Assembly: GCA_025786725.1 (NCBI GenBank)
Contig: JAHLTZ010000054.1
Span: 36,839-100,838 of the forward strand
Direction of reading: 5' to 3'
DNA from: Syncephalis fuscata S228
Lineage: Eukaryota > Fungi > Zoopagomycota
DNA length: 64,000 nucleotides
Shown in pieces: positions 1 through 14,212 of this stretch. Below the pieces are notes generated by a model that was not told the origin of the DNA, did not search any database, and was given only the letters and a program-made list of their open reading frames with translations. Made by a program: the position numbers and the translations under genes. Position 1 is the stretch's first letter, and each line of letters starts with the position of its first letter.

Positions 1-395
1 AATAAATGTTGCCAGCGCTCCGAGTCATTTCTTTCCTTATATTGGCGCTGGTTGGTTCGAAGTAGCTCAGCATTCTTAGCACCTAGCAAAGTAAGTGACG
101 ACGATGATGAAGATGGCGATCTGGTCGCTGTTGTTGTTGCTGCTGGTATTGGTGGTGGTGTTGCAGGCAAGTTTGGCATTTTCTCAAACGAGTCTTGAAT
201 CGCAGGTCGACTACGCTTCCGGATTCGCGGACCTGATGTCTCACTAGTAACGATGGAGCTATCGGGAACAGCATCGGCAAGACTAAGCACTACCGATGCC
301 ATTTCGCCCCTATCGTACACATGAGTTCTAGTAGGAATAGGTCTAATAGTGTTACTGTTGTTGTTGTTGTTAATAGTAGCAGCAGCGGCCATCAT
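1..395 (-). CDS. 5' part of a protein of unknown function; runs off the window edge
   Basis: Hand translation from ATG at 395 is stop-free to the window edge: MMAAAATINNNNNSNTIRPIPTRTHVYDRGEMASVVLSLADAVPDSSIVTSETSGPRIRKRSRPAIQDSFEKMPNLPATPPP... Not in the ORF track because no stop falls inside the window. Confidence 0.6.
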   Translation of the reverse strand, partial: MMAAAATINNNNNSNTIRPIPTRTHVYDRGEMASVVLSLADAVPDSSIVTSETSGPRIRKRSRPAIQDSFEKMPNLPATPPPIPAATTTATRSPSSSSSSLTLLGAKNAELLRTNQRQYKERNDSERWQHL

Positions 396-802
396 AGGCA
401 ATGGCAAGTAAGGCAAAAATAAAAAGAAGAATGTATGAATAAACAATCCAATGGGCGGATGAACGAAGTAGACCGGTTAGTTATGCCATAAAACATGGCT
501 GCTCATGCTTTATAGTTCCATGCGTGAACTAACCGGTCTTTGTACAGTAGAATATGGTTCATCATGTTGGTGTTGACACACGCGCCTATCCGTCGCATGC
601 AAAGGTGACTGCTTTTGTCGCCGACCAAAGGATGAAACATTGGCCAATTGTGACTTGGCCACGTGAAAACATGCAGCCATCGCATTATTTACATTGTACG
701 CATTGCAACAATCAATATGATAATAATAGTGGCCAATGGCAATAATAATGGGAATTCAAGTCAATTAATCGTTTATTATGGTCGATTCGGAGATTTATGT
801 GA

Positions 803-3593
803 TTAGTGTGGTGATGATACCAACTGGTCAATACGATCCAATGCGTTATTCAACGCGAACATAGCAACCAACGTTGACTATTTAACATATGAATTCACGG
901 ATTAGCCAATCAGTACTATTATGTAAAACCGCCTGCCCACCTTGACTCATTACTCGCCTCACTATTTTATTCCCTCACTCATTCAATTACTCTACTTACC
1001 GTGTCACCTGTCTGCGGAGTAGTTTCACGATGTGCAGTCAAAATACTTGTTGCACATCGTCTAACTGGATCAAGTAACTGAGTCTGCACTTTTTGCATAT
1101 GATCTGGTTGGCAAATGCCCAGCTATTTATATACTTAGTAATTGATAAGTAACATCTAAAGCCTTACTTTCTGTTCGGATTGGTCTCGTATAAGCAAATA
1201 AATGTAAAGATTTAGTACATGAATAATAAATTCTGTATATTCGATAAACCAATCCTCTTGCCAAGTAGCGCTGTTACATGCCAACACTGTAGCTGGCAGG
1301 GTGTCTTGATTAGGGAGAAACAGTAGAGGACCGAATATTTCCCAAAAAACATTGGAGTTAAATATACTTTCTTGCTACAAATAAATTATTGTTACCAATA
1401 GTACTATTGACATAGTTATTGTTGATAAAAATACGTACGGTATTGTTCAAGGATTGACTTCTATGAACGGCTTCACGAATTAGACCTACAGTTGCAGCAC
1501 GCATCATAGGGAATGGGCAGTGACGTAGTATAGCCCCAAGTAGTATAGCCTCTCCTATATCATCGGCAGTGGCTACCGTCATGGCAAGTGTACGAAAAGC
1601 GACAAAGCGAATCTTGGCATTAGGCGAGGTTGAAGCGACCGTTGTAAGGCTCTAGATCAACTAGAGTGTAAATATAATGATAATGTTCTGTTTAATATTA
1701 ATAAATGCCTGCTTACTTGAATTAATTGAGCCACAGTGGTTGGCTGAACACATAAACGATGTGTACAAGCATCGTGTTCAAATGTATTAGGATGAAGAAG
1801 CTGTAGTGCAGGTAGTAAAGCGGCCAATGCAATATCCGAGGTTGCTTCTTCTAAATGCCCACCTTTACCGGCCATTCTATAAAAAACAATAATTGAATTG
1901 TCAACAGGCAGTATCGTAGCCTATATCGATTAAACCTACAATTCTATGCCTTGGTAAGCAAAATACATCGCATGAACAAATAGCCAACGTGGTGTAATAA
2001 TCCAAGGAATCCAGTTTGTATTCGACTTCAATGTCGAATTATCATTGAAAATATCTCGTTGTGCTATATTCGCATAGGCAAATAGAGCAAGCATGCCACG
2101 TACAGGGAATCGCTTTATTCTATCTAACTCTGTTTGTTCACTAATGGTATAGTTCTGTTCATCTATCAACTTTAATTACAATATAAACTACTAGTACATA
2201 TTTATTAACAAATCTACCAACTTACTTGTTGGTGGTCATTGACAGTATCATCTTTGTACATACGATATTCTAATAGTTGACAAACATCTAATCCACATGT
2301 AATACTTGTGTTCTACAGTAGTTAATTAGCCAATAAAATATTACTATACTATTGTTATTGTTATTATTACCAGAATAGATTGCATTATTTTACGCCATTC
2401 AGTTATCATATGTGATAGGTGAGTATCCATGGTATCAGCGCCATTAACTCTTGATGTCATGGCGTATTTTGGATATTGTTTATAATAGAATGCAGTAGAT
2501 AATCCCAAATTACGCTGTGTTGTATACTTGTCTGCAACAATTAATAAAAGTCGCACAGTTAACAAACGTAAATAATTAGTATCATTTTGTAAGTGGTAAA
2601 CATTGTCTGATGTAGACTAATTACACATTGTACCATTATTAAATAAAATCTCATGTTAATTAAACTATATCTTACTTGCTGAGTAGACCATTGGTGTAAA
2701 CGAGTTGCATATTTTAGTATAGCTTTTACTATAGCCTGACTACAAGTAAATGGCCATGAATCGTCAGTATCATTAAGTGGAACTTTGTCCTCAAAACAAG
2801 TCAGTGCCACCACTGAAATAAGGACACGCTCAAATGTATCGCATAAATCAATGACAAATTGCCACAATCGTGCAGTCTTAATCTTCGGTAATACTAATCA
2901 ACTATTGTTAATGTCATTATTAACATTAATCGTATACTTTAACTTACCCATAATAAATAAATCAACAAGTAAATTGATTTCCATACTTGCTAATTCAAAC
3001 TTTAAACGATATTCTGTCATTTTTTCTTTTTTCTTTTCTTTAGTATGACAACTATCTTCTTCGTTTTCCTCTTCTTCAGATGCAATTGTATCTGCAGTTG
3101 TAGTTAGTTGAGTAGCATCACGCGCAATCCATCCTAATCGTTCTAATAACAACATATACATCTCACGCGCATTACCGCACTCGGCTATTGCTAACAATAA
3201 TGCTGTGGCTATCCGAGATGTTTCAGTATTGTACTCCATTGTTCGAGTAGCTATTGGAAATAATGGATGTAGTAAATCCCATCCAATACGTGCTAAGCGT
3301 AATGAACCTGTTGTAGTGTTATCTTTGTTGCCACCAACTGTAGACGAGTCGAGCAACTCGTTGTGTAGCAATTCAAGTACTTTTGTTAGTTGCTCATTCT
3401 TTGTATGTTCAAGTGCTTGCTGTATTGCTGACGTCAGTTCAAGTAGTAACCCGTCGTCTCCAGGTTGCTATTATTACGTAGACGTTAGTATTTTAACACT
3501 AAGAACCACTACCACTACAAGTCATTATACCTCTCGACTAGATTCTAGCGTCTTCTTTAATGTTTCCATAATGATACTAGATTCTGTAGACAT
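803..3593 (-). CDS. YAP-binding/ALF4/glomulin family protein, multi-exon
   Basis: ORF 2898-3371 has IGWDLL...LLAIAECGNAREMYMLLLERL, typical of the Ybp1/glomulin N-terminus. Many CTTAC (minus-strand GTAAG) donors. Last exon ...MFALNNALDRIDQLVSSPH* ends at 803. Internal exon boundaries are approximate. Confidence 0.7.
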
Positions 3594-3946
3594 GATTGAA
3601 TATTTATAATAAAACAAATAAAACAACAATAGCAATAACAATGGTAACAACAATAATAGTAACAATAACCACAATACTGATAAGGACACTATTGTTTATC
3701 GTCAACTTTTAATAATGTCAAACTTTAAATAAAACGACAATATGTTCGGATACCGCGTGCTTTACCGTATTTACTATATTGATACTCTATAATACCAGTT
3801 TCGTCCTTGCCCTTGTCCGCGTGTTGCTTTTTATTCACGCGCCATCTTTAGTACTGAATAAATTGAATAATCGTGGCCCTGTCAAGTCGGTTATTTCCCT
3901 TTTCAGTCCACGCTCCGACTTGGTCTCTATTGCAACCTTCTTCTCT

Positions 3947-3985
3947 TCACTCACTCACTCACTCACTCACTCACTCACTCACTCA
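3947..3985. repeat. (CACT)n tetranucleotide microsatellite
   Basis: tcac tcactcactc actcactcac... in the divergent promoter region. Confidence 0.9.
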
Positions 3986-4172
3986 TTAAACACACTATCT
4001 TTCGTTTAAACCATTGTACTGTAAGCTATAACTTGCAGGTGATCACTACGAATCCCTAGTACACTATTACTTGCATTAGTCTGATTGTTGCTACACTGTC
4101 ACCACCACCAGCACTACTACTGAATAGCCACGGCCATAGCAGTTTAAATTTGACACTTTTACCATTAACACA

Positions 4173-5603
4173 ATGTCATCTGTCTCCGATCGTATTATGG
4201 CTGCCGCGCCGATGCGCCGTAAGCGTAACGTAAAAAATCTCGGTCTACCAGCACCCAAGGACGATGCGCCTGCATCTGGCAAGCCAGCACCGATTGGCGA
4301 CAAAAAAGATGTAAAACAATTGTCTGCAAAAGGTCGCCGTCCTGCCGAAGATGATCCCTACGCCGGAGGCCAACTAGAGATTGGCGTCGAGTTCAAGCTT
4401 GACATTCGTCCAGAGGATCTTAAAATGCTGGAGGAGTTGGGTGCTGGTGCTGGTGGCACAGTAAGTCGTGTACTTCACGTGCCCACCCGTGTTATTATGG
4501 CCAAAAAGGTGAGTAATATTAAGCGTGGAGCAATAGCTGATGCTAGAATCTACTTGACGGTTTTAATAAGTGCAGTATATTAATTAATGTTATTGTTGTT
4601 ATTGTTATTGTTACATGGGCATTATTTGTAGAACATTCACGTTGAAATGCAGCCACAAGTCAAGAAACAAGTTTTACGCGAATTAGAAATTCTTCACCAC
4701 TGTGACTCGCCGTATATTGTGACCTTTTATGGCGCTTTTCTTTCAGAACCGGATGTGTGCATGTGCATGGAACACATGGATATTGGGTATGTATTTATCA
4801 ATCAATCGAATCTGTTAATTAATAATTAATCGGTTACTATTAGTTCGTTGGATGGTATCTATCGTAAACATGGAGCTATTTCACCACCTATTCTTGGTAA
4901 AATCACTGCAGCAGTAAGTATTAATGACAATAACACGATATGTAGTATTTACCATGTTAATATTGTGTATTAATAGGTACTTAGTGGTCTAGTCTATCTC
5001 TATGAACAACATCGTATTATTCACCGAGGTAATTAATAAGCTTGAATGGTGAATTCTATGACTTACCCACTACAGATGTTAAACCGTCAAATATTCTGGT
5101 TAACTCGGCCGGTCAAATTAAAATCTGTGATTTTGGCGTGAGTGGCGTGTTGATTAACAGTATTGCCAATACATTTGTGGGCACAAGCAATTATATGTCG
5201 GTAAGTAATTTATTATTTAATCAAGTAATTAATCAATTGTAATGTTATATTAATATTAACGTATTGTCAATCATTATAGCCTGAACGTATTAAGGGTCAG
5301 GAATACTCGGTCAAGTCAGATGTATGGAGTTTAGGAATTACACTACAAGAATTGGCCCTAGGTGCTTTCCCCTTCCCTTCAGGATTGGCCATTTTTGAAT
5401 TGCTACAGTATATAGTTAATGAACCAGTGCCGACACTTCCGGCCGACAAGTTCCCCGAGGATCTTAATGACTTCGTTAACCATTGCCTAGTCAAAGATCC
5501 ACAGAAACGTATGACGCCTAAACAGTTGATGCTCCATCCATTTGTTCAAATGTCTATGATGGAAGAATTAGATTTGGAAGAATGGGCGACAAGTGTTGCT
5601 TAA
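4173..5603 (+). CDS. STE7: MAP kinase kinase of the STE7/Byr1/MEK1 type, about 6 exons
   Basis: N-terminal docking motif [19 protein letters not shown] glycine loop, MAKK, HRDVKPSN, DFGVSG, activation loop SIANTFVGT(S)NYMSPER; GT-AG introns join the ORF pieces. Confidence 0.93.
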
Positions 5604-5754
5604 TGTGCATACATTGCTATCTCTATTAGTTTACATTCTTTTCTACCATGCATGCCAACTAGTACTTCTACAATTACTACAAAACAGTGATAATTACCCA
5701 CATTCACTGCTTAAATACACATTCTTTTATTTGACTTTTTTGTAACACAAATAT

Positions 5755-6867
5755 TTAAATGCACTCTTGTTTTTCCTCTGTTACTACTAAATCGTATAGA
5801 TTGCGGAAATATTGAGTCTTTTCTTCTCGTGAATAATTAGCAGCTAAACCACTTGATGAAGGCATACAATAAGTAAAGGCATATTGACGGCGTTCTATTT
5901 TGGCAATTAGATCAGGTGACAGTGCTTGTTTATCCACATAATTGCCAAGATCAGTAAATATCGCTTCATCAGGCCGTAGAGCAGTAGTGGTAGGGACGGC
6001 GGATATAGCTATACTACCATTGCTACTACTACTACTACTACTGCTGCTGCTGCTATTATCTTCTTTATCTTCATTAGTAAATTCAATCTTTTCTGGTTGA
6101 AGTCCTAGTGTATCACACGCACGGCCGGCCCAGTGTTCAAAAATACCTTTGCCGATAAAGCAAACAAAATGGGGCCGCCATTGCCGTATTTTGGCATCTA
6201 AAACGGGTCGACCTGCACGGAATTCAGCTGGTCGAATCTCTGAACTACTTCGACTTGGACGAGCCACCAAATTGGTTAATCCTAAGCGAAAATCACGCGG
6301 TAATCGCTGGTCATCCACGCACGTTACCGTCTCCGAAACAAACCTAGCATAAAAATGAATAAACATTCGTATATTAGTTATTTGTACTATTAATAGCAGT
6401 AATAGTAACTTGCCCGAAGCACTTAGACAAGGCCAAAATGCATTTGTTTTATTGGCATAATGATGTTGGTTGGCCGATGAAGCAACACCTGGATTAATAC
6501 CAACAAAAAGTACTCGCATACCATAAGCAAGATGATCCGATACAGTTGATAGGTGAGCATAAGCAGATGGAGCACTATAGCCCGTTGATTTGCCCTTGGA
6601 CCGGCGTGGCGATGCAACCGTTGTCGTGACGACCTTTTTCCTTGATGTTGTCGTCGTTTTTTTACTCGTTACTGCTGTATCATTGCCACTAGTTGGTTCA
6701 CGATAACGCTTACGTAACTGCCGACCTGCCACTGCTGTTGTTGTATCCGAACCAGTATAGGCATATCCAGCAATCAATGTGGCAAATCGTTCACTAGATA
6801 CTGTTGCATCTTTTACAGTGGACTCCACCGTCTCATTGGGCTTATTAGTGCTATTTTCAGTATTCAT
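5755..6867 (-). CDS. TDG: G/U mismatch-specific uracil/thymine DNA glycosylase (TDG/MUG family)
   Basis: LFVGINPG motif, HHYA...NAFW, GLTNLVARPSR, CFIGKGI, MPSSSGL; one in-frame intron near 6346-6412. Confidence 0.9.
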   Translation of the reverse strand: MNTENSTNKPNETVESTVKDATVSSERFATLIAGYAYTGSDTTTAVAGRQLRKRYREPTSGNDTAVTSKKTTTTSRKKVVTTTVASPRRSKGKSTGYSAPSAYAHLSTVSDHLAYGMRVLFVGINPGVASSANQHHYANKTNAFWPCLSASGKLLLLLLIVQITNIRMFIHFYARFVSETVTCVDDQRLPRDFRLGLTNLVARPSRSSSEIRPAEFRAGRPVLDAKIRQWRPHFVCFIGKGIFEHWAGRACDTLGLQPEKIEFTNEDKEDNSSSSSSSSSSSNGSIAISAVPTTTALRPDEAIFTDLGNYVDKQALSPDLIAKIERRQYAFTYCMPSSSGLAANYSREEKTQYFRNLYDLVVTEEKQECI

Positions 6868-6981
6868 TTAAAGTAAAACAAAAATCAAATGAGAATACGA
6901 GATGATAATAATAGTAACACTGTAATTATTGACGTCTTTTTCATTTTTATCTTTTTATTATTGCAATTCCATTGTTACACT

Positions 6982-8121
6982 ATGGATTTGGACAATGCCG
7001 ATACTGCAGCTATAGTATTGAGTCAAGATCGGTCATTCAGTGGCAATAATGATAGTAGTAATGGTCATAATGACGATGACGAAGTATTATGTGAATTCGA
7101 CGTTCATTTAGCGACGAGTCTTGCTGGTCGATTGCATCTCTTGCAGCATCCAGTACGTACGCGACGCTATGGTCGAGGCTTAGAACCGATAGAGGCGCAA
7201 TTCAAGCCAGAAAATTGTCGTTTACAATTTGCTTTGCCAATTAATATGGCACAACCTGCTTATGACGAGGACCGGGGACGTGAACTTGCTAAAGCCGAAG
7301 AAGAGCACCGTAAACGCGAACAGGCAGCAAACGCGCCAGCACCACTGCTTAAAACAAATGTTATAAAGGAGCGTGATTCTAAAGATACTCTACTCGATCG
7401 TGTTATTGTTGGATCAACACCTATGCCACTACTTACCAATTATATGGCGGGCGTATTACGTAGTGGTAAGTACCAGAATATATAAATACATAAATACATA
7501 GATAATACTATTAATATTACTAATGGACAATTAACTAACTAACTAATTATTTGTTTATCTATTTAATATATTATAGATGGATTACATTTGACACCCGTAA
7601 CAGCAGCACATCAATTACGGCCAACACTACAACATCTAGATATGTTGGATGAGCAAGTAAAACGACCAGGTAAAATGGCCGATGATGGCATGGATGATAA
7701 CGACGACGACGACGACGGCAATGATAACAAAGAGGCAACAAAGGCACGTTTGGCAGCATCAAAAGCCGTTCAAATTAAAGTGAAATCAAATCAAGATATG
7801 GAACAGGCTAAACAGGAACGCAATGCATCGCAAGCCTATTGGCAACAAAAGATTGATGAAGAGCCTTGGATTCATTATAAATATGCAAATGTTGAGGTAA
7901 ATGAGCCACTAATCAATATTGTTTTTTGTTATTAATTAATACAACGTGACTATTGAATAGACGGACATAGCATATGATACATTTGGCGAGTTATTTTCAT
8001 CAGGTTCAACAGAAACACCATTGACTTGCACTACAGTGCCATCCGAGTATTTGGATCAATTGCTTGCTGAACCATGGCCGATGAAGATCCCGTGACTACA
8101 CGGCTTCCTATTCGACCATAG
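6982..8121 (+). CDS. RPC37: RNA polymerase III subunit RPC5/Rpc37 (Sin-like)
   Basis: DDEVLCEFDVHL...LHLLQHPVR, NYMAGVLR..LHLTPV...QLRPTLQHLD, EEPW; two introns. Confidence 0.8.
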
Positions 8122-8198
8122 GATGCTTTTTAATTTTATTGTTATTAAACTTGAACAATTTCTCTATGCCTATTAATAATAAAAATGTATCCAAATAA

Positions 8199-10249
8199 CT
8201 AGGGCAGCTCTAAAACTGCCTCATTCTCAATGGGCATAATGATTAATGGTGCTGCGGGTCGTTGTAGTGCGGGTAGGAAACGGAATGCCCTTTCGGTTAA
8301 TCGTAGCCAGAAACGCAATAGACGACACGTAGTTTCGGCTACGAAAAAGTGCCACCAGCAACGCAGTTGCCCCCAAGTTCGTTTTATAGCATTATCGTTA
8401 CGTAGAGTCGATACAACTTGTGCGTTATGTTGATCATCTTGTAAAATAGCTCGATTGCAGGCCGACATCATAATAGCCATTCCATAGGCTGGATGACGTG
8501 TTGTATTAAGCGATGCATCAACACTTCTTAGTAAATCGTGTGTTTTGATTAATAAAAGTACTTCGCGCGGTACATGACGTAGAATGTGTGCTATATCGGC
8601 AAGGAACTTTGGCAGTGTGTCACGGACATGGCGTCGTTCTTCCTCGGAACGTGATTGTGTTAAATCAGACTCCACAGCCGACCAAGAACGACCAGTCAGT
8701 ATACAGGCAAATAGACGATGTGTGTTAAATCCACCAATACGTAGAGCATAGGTACGCATATCTTTTTCGTTCCTTTCAAGAATAGAGCGCCATAAATGAG
8801 CATAGTCAGTTTGTAATTGTCGTGGTAGCGATTTATACAATCCGTGATCCAATAGCACAAGATCATAATTACGATCAAATAAATTCTTTTTTTTACGAGG
8901 TCTAATTAGAATATTACCTGGATCTAATCGATATTATAAGTTATACTAGTTAATTAATACAATATATTACTTACGTGGATCGCAATGAACCCATCTGTAG
9001 AATAATTGTATTATTATTATTATTATTAAATTATATATATATATATATCATTAAATAGCATAACTTACCCATATTTAAATATCATATCAGAAAATATACG
9101 CGATAGCTCGCTAGATACATCATTAACATCAACACAATGTTGGCGTAAAAACTCTCGATCATCAATATAGGAACCTTCGATAACTATTACAAATAATTAT
9201 GAGTAATTATAAGCAACTACATTAGATTAATGACCTACATTCCATACATAATACGCGTGCAGTTGCCCAGTTTACTGCAGGGACAACAAGTGCACCACGG
9301 TCATGAATAAAATAGTTATCTAGACGCTGAGCATTACGCTGCTCTACGCGAAAATCCAATTCAAGTGGCAAGTTTTCTTTCATTTCTTCGGCCAGCCAAC
9401 CAAATTCAAATTCTGGAAACAGCCGCTCAACTGTACGAACAAGCATACTAGTCGTTGCAATATCTATCATTGCATGATCCTGAAGTGGCGGATGCTGCAC
9501 TTTAACGGCAACTACATCGCCATTTAACAAAGTTGCCCGATGTACTTGAGCCAGTGATGCAACGCCTAATGGTTCTGAATTAAAGTCTAGAAATAGCTCA
9601 TCCATCGGTTGAGCCATTTCCTCTTCAATTAGTTGTTTAACCTGATCGGTAGGAGTAGGCGGACAATGAGCATGAAGTGGCCGCATTGTCTCTGTCCATT
9701 CTATTGGCAGTATATAAGTCATGGCGGCCAAATGCTGTCCCTGTACATATATATTGATACACATGTGTTATTAAGTGACAAATAAAGACGCCTATTGTAG
9801 TTTAACATCTAGGCATTAATACGTCAATTAGTTCCTACCAGTTTAATGTAAACACCGCCATTTGTGCGACAAAGCTCCAATAATCGTTCGGCAGATCGTT
9901 GATGCCAATCCGACCAAATGGCCTCACACGCCGGGTTTGCTTCGTCGAGGTGAGCACATGTCCGTTGGTAGTCTATGCCTATGCGCATAGCAACATAGGC
10001 TGCACGACTCGAGCGTACAACACCGCTCCATGCATGGCTGATATCCCTGCGAAAGCGATAATAGCCACTGCCAAACAGCAGTGTGCTACCGGCCAATATA
10101 CCAATAGCCATTCGGCTCCGAAGTGCCGGTAGTGGTTTGCCATAACTACGCAGACCCCAGGGAGGCCAAGTACGTGTACGTCCTGGAATAATATTACTTG
10201 CACGCGTTGTCGTTGTATTTAATAGGCGCGAGCAATTAATCATTGACAT
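8199..10249 (-). CDS. ADCK1: ABC1/UbiB atypical kinase, ADCK1-like
   Basis: NGGVYIKLGQH, PLGVASLAQVHRA, VAVKVQHP, LPLELDF, VHCDPHPGN, LLDHGLY; mitochondrial-like N-terminus; multi-exon. Confidence 0.9.
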
Positions 10250-10639
10250 TGCTGTCGTTGCAGCGGTTACACTATGTACTAGGGGCCATTTTAAGCGATA
10301 GTGTTTATATTGTGCGTAATGGAGAAGCATTGTTACGCTGTAGCATACGCGTATACATATACAGATTTCGTTAGCGACTACGAGTATCGGTATGTATATA
10401 ATTTATATGAAAATAGGAATAATAAAGCGTAGTAGTAAAAGTAAGAAAGACCCTTTTATTTCTAATAGTCTGTGGGCCAATACTTTATTCGTCGGATGTG
10501 CTTAATAATATCTCTCAACATTATCTTGGCACCGGCGTTTATGATGCCGAATTTGGCCTCTACGTATTTACATGGACAATTTAGAAGCAGTATCAATGAT
10601 TTATTTACACCTGCTGTTATTAAATTAATATTAAACATT

Positions 10640-11070
10640 TTACTAACAATTCGATGTGATTTAAGTGTCAAATGACTAAATTTAATAACATCCAATTTAT
10701 TGAACATGATGATAAATGGTAAATAACATCAAAGTTTAAAATACACATCATTGTAGATCTATTATCCAATATATATATATGTATTATTTTATGATATACT
10801 AAACACATTTTATTTTGATATGCTGCAAGTATGTATAGTTTGATTAATAAAACAAGCAAATTTATAAATAATATAGAATAAAATAGATATGCAATGTCAA
10901 AGCCATAGTCCAATATGACGCAATGAGTGGAAAAAGTAAGATGCGTTGATTTATATAAAAAAGTGATGTATCTAGTATGTCATAAAATGGTATTTACTAG
11001 TATGGATAGTATGGAAATGATATAAGCGATTAAGGATATATACATATTGGATAATAAATCAAGGTGTAAT
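10640..11070. repeat. Dispersed AT-rich repeat, two arms in inverted arrangement
   Basis: Reverse complement of 10640-10790 matches 40630-40730 and 49450-49700; 10990-11062 is a forward copy of the same arm. Confidence 0.65.
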
Positions 11071-12341
11071 AATGTTAAATGACATAGTAACCGTTTTTAT
11101 AATAGTAAAGTTAATTAATTAAGACAATAGATAGGCTGTAGCTAAACAGTATAATCCTATCGGTTACAGGTACTTTTATTTAATAGCATCTAAAGGCTTT
11201 ACAATAATCTAGTTAATAAAGGATTATTATATCTTTCATCTATTTATTTGCCCATTGGCGTTAGTAATAAGTGCCTACTAAATGTAACAAAATCTTCTCC
11301 ATAAATCTATTATTACCTTTTGGTATTATGTTTTGTTTGTTTTTGTCTTTTTTATTATTATATCCACTAGCTCCAGTATAGATAGCTGAAGTTAATTGAA
11401 TGTAAAAGAAACACATATTTTACATACTAATAAACGGCAGCTCATTTTCAATTCTTTTTGATCATACAATTCACTGTATTGTGTGGCGAATAGCAACCGT
11501 AGCTGTATCCAGTATCTCTCGGTTAGACTAGGCGTGGTTATAATTGTCACATAAACGTTGGCTTTTTGAAGTATCTCACTTTTAGCCATTCATTTGCAAC
11601 TTTATACTCTTTAGTGGTGTAGTCTTGACTGACGTCTATCCGTCTTCTTTCGTTTAACTTGTTTGCAATTGCCATCACCACGAAAATCATGCTGTTGTTT
11701 CGCGTCACAGGCACTGCCACACACTTCGTTTTCTCTCGCTGTTGTTTTAGAGCTTCGGCTTTTTTCTCAGCCAGCTCTCTCACTGTCGCTTTAGCATGCG
11801 TCGACGCTAAAAGTCATCTGTCTTTTCCATGCTGTCTTTTCAGCTGTTTTAAACTGTTTAATATTTTTTTGAAAAAATAAAAAATAAATTAACTTCTGCA
11901 TAAAGTGACCAAAGTAAAAATACATAAATAGTGTGATGGCGATAATGATTTTATTCAATGCTAATATGTGCATATTTAAATAAAGCCAATGTGGGCAAGT
12001 TGAAGTGTATATGTAATACTATCATATATACATGGAAATATATAACGTGATAATATTAATGTACATAACGTAATATGTTTATCATTCAACATATATATAT
12101 ATTACAACTATATGAGAAAGATACAAGAAGCATCATACGGAATATTATATATTTATCGCTGATTATCCATACTGCTACGCATGTACTAGTTTATGCATAT
12201 AAAAATAGTAAAATTTGTAGTGTCCAAGACTAGACTATCGCTATTTAAGAGTTTTATCCAAAGTAGCCAAAGTACGGCCTAACATGCTTGTATTTGCTAT
12301 AAAATAGCTTTATTGGCAGCATATTGTTGTAGCTTTGAATA

Positions 12342-12747
12342 CTAATCCTTTTTGTTAAGTTTGGTCTTTAGTGATGCATTGCGTATTTCTTCGTCTTCTT
12401 CAGGATCGTGTACAGCAATCGTTGAGCGCCAACGTCCCGTCGCCTTGCTTGCCCAGTTGCCTGCAAGCTCTCGGAATGAGCAACCCGACGCACGCTGCTG
12501 ATCTCGTTCATAGAGCACATATGCAATTGCACCTACTGAGACCGAAAAGACCACATCACCTACACTAGCAGTTATGTCGTTATTGCTGCTGTTCGGCTAT
12601 AGCACACACACACACACACGCGCACGTTGCACAACCCTATCAGCACTCGACGATGATACGACAAATGCATGCTGCGTGTTCATGCAAGCTCAGTACTTAC
12701 GGTGATATAAAATGTGTAAACACGCGATTGCGTATTGGTTGTGCCAT
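12342..12747 (-). CDS. NCE101: Non-classical export protein 1 (NCE101 family), 89 aa, 2 exons
   Basis: Exons 12747-12701 and 12564-12342 join in frame: MAQPIRNRVFTHFISPVGDVVFSVSVGAIAYVLYERDQQRASGCSFRELAGNW..., matching the NCE101 pattern D..F.+.+G.+AY++YER...R..G.....EL. Confidence 0.7.
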
Positions 12748-14212
12748 GACAATAATAACAACGACAAAATGCTAGTAACAATAAAGTATCAAATTAATTA
12801 TAGAAAAGCGAAAAAAATAAATAAAACTTGTTATTGTACCATTTGCACACTGGGCTTGGCTCGCCTTAACATGAAATCGCATATTAGTCAGTGCTACCTA
12901 TCACATGTAACTGTTGTTCAATGGCGGTAGATCAAACGGCTATGAGTGTTTGTACACACCTCATGACCTTCCATGCGAAACGAGGCCCGTCATCTGATAC
13001 TATGTGGCTGTAACAAGCATTGATTAGTGCCACTATTCTTTGCCCAACTTTTCAGAACAACTGCTCTGTGCCACAGTCTTTGGAATGTTGTTCAATGGCA
13101 GAACGAACACCCGTTCGTCATTCGTCACTTTCGGGCTGACTGCAGTAATAAATAGTGTTTAAAGTAATAGACTGTAATAATTATGAAATATATATGTTTA
13201 TAGACCGTGTATTATTAAGCTATTAAAAGCTATTTAATTTGTATAGTTTTCCTTGTTTTAATGGAAAATAGCAGTGATTACGAATGAAAAGTGGGAAAAC
13301 TGAATAGTTTGTATTACTAAATATAGCTGTAGCAATTGCCGTGCACGGCGGAATTGGAAATAGCTGCTTGCAAAATTAATCATGAGCATCAATGGCTGAT
13401 AAGCCTCTTTTGCAGGAATTACCGCTTGCAGTTTTTAAATCGGCACCAGTGGCCAATGGAGCAGCGTGGTTGCAACGCCATCATGTAGATGCTTTTGGTA
13501 GAAACGCAGAAAAATGGGCCCGCTTCACATGACATAAGCTCATAGTGGATGCCATATGGCAGGCAATCATGAACATGTGGTGGTTAAGCACGTCGGCAAT
13601 CGCGTGGACAACAGTTGGCAGATGCAGATTCCTGTATTGCGTACTATTTTTTTGCCAACATAGCAGCCGAGGCAAGGTAGGGACTTAACACTATATGTGT
13701 CTATTAAGCACTGTAACCAATAGCAAATTACCATGGACTGAAACATGTATCTAATCAACAGCAATGCCTGTTTCTTTTATCACTGCTGTCGCCTTACTAC
13801 TGGTTCTACTTCTACGGTGGCGACCGTTAGGTACTCACATGATTTGCATTATAGATCCCGAAGCGTAAATTGACTATTAAAAGAGCGGCTTTTCGCTGTC
13901 GCCTATTTTGTTCGTCATTGTATTGCCTGTGACTGTTTGTATCTATTGACACTATTAAATACCATTCTACTCAACCTTATAGCGCCATCTTTCTTCTCTA
14001 CCAGTCCTCTCTAACAAGCACACATTGTACTAACAATAGCAACCGCTATAATAACAGTAATTAGTGCCACATTGCCTATTCTTTTCATTTTTATTCATTT
14101 TTACTCCTTTTCACAATCAACTAAACCACCCATACAAATATCATAGTTACTATAACAACAACAGCAACAGCAACAACGGTGCTATCGCTATTACTGCTAT
14201 TTGATTGACACC

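Noticed and set aside
11392-11973. Cluster of short ORFs (MRELAEKKAEALK...) between repeat copies
   Set aside because: May be a decayed gene or transposase relic, but stops occur in all frames and I recognise no motif
13392-13764. Short ORFs in a GC-richer patch between NCE101 and the TLC gene
   Set aside because: No motif or splice structure; likely divergent promoter DNA
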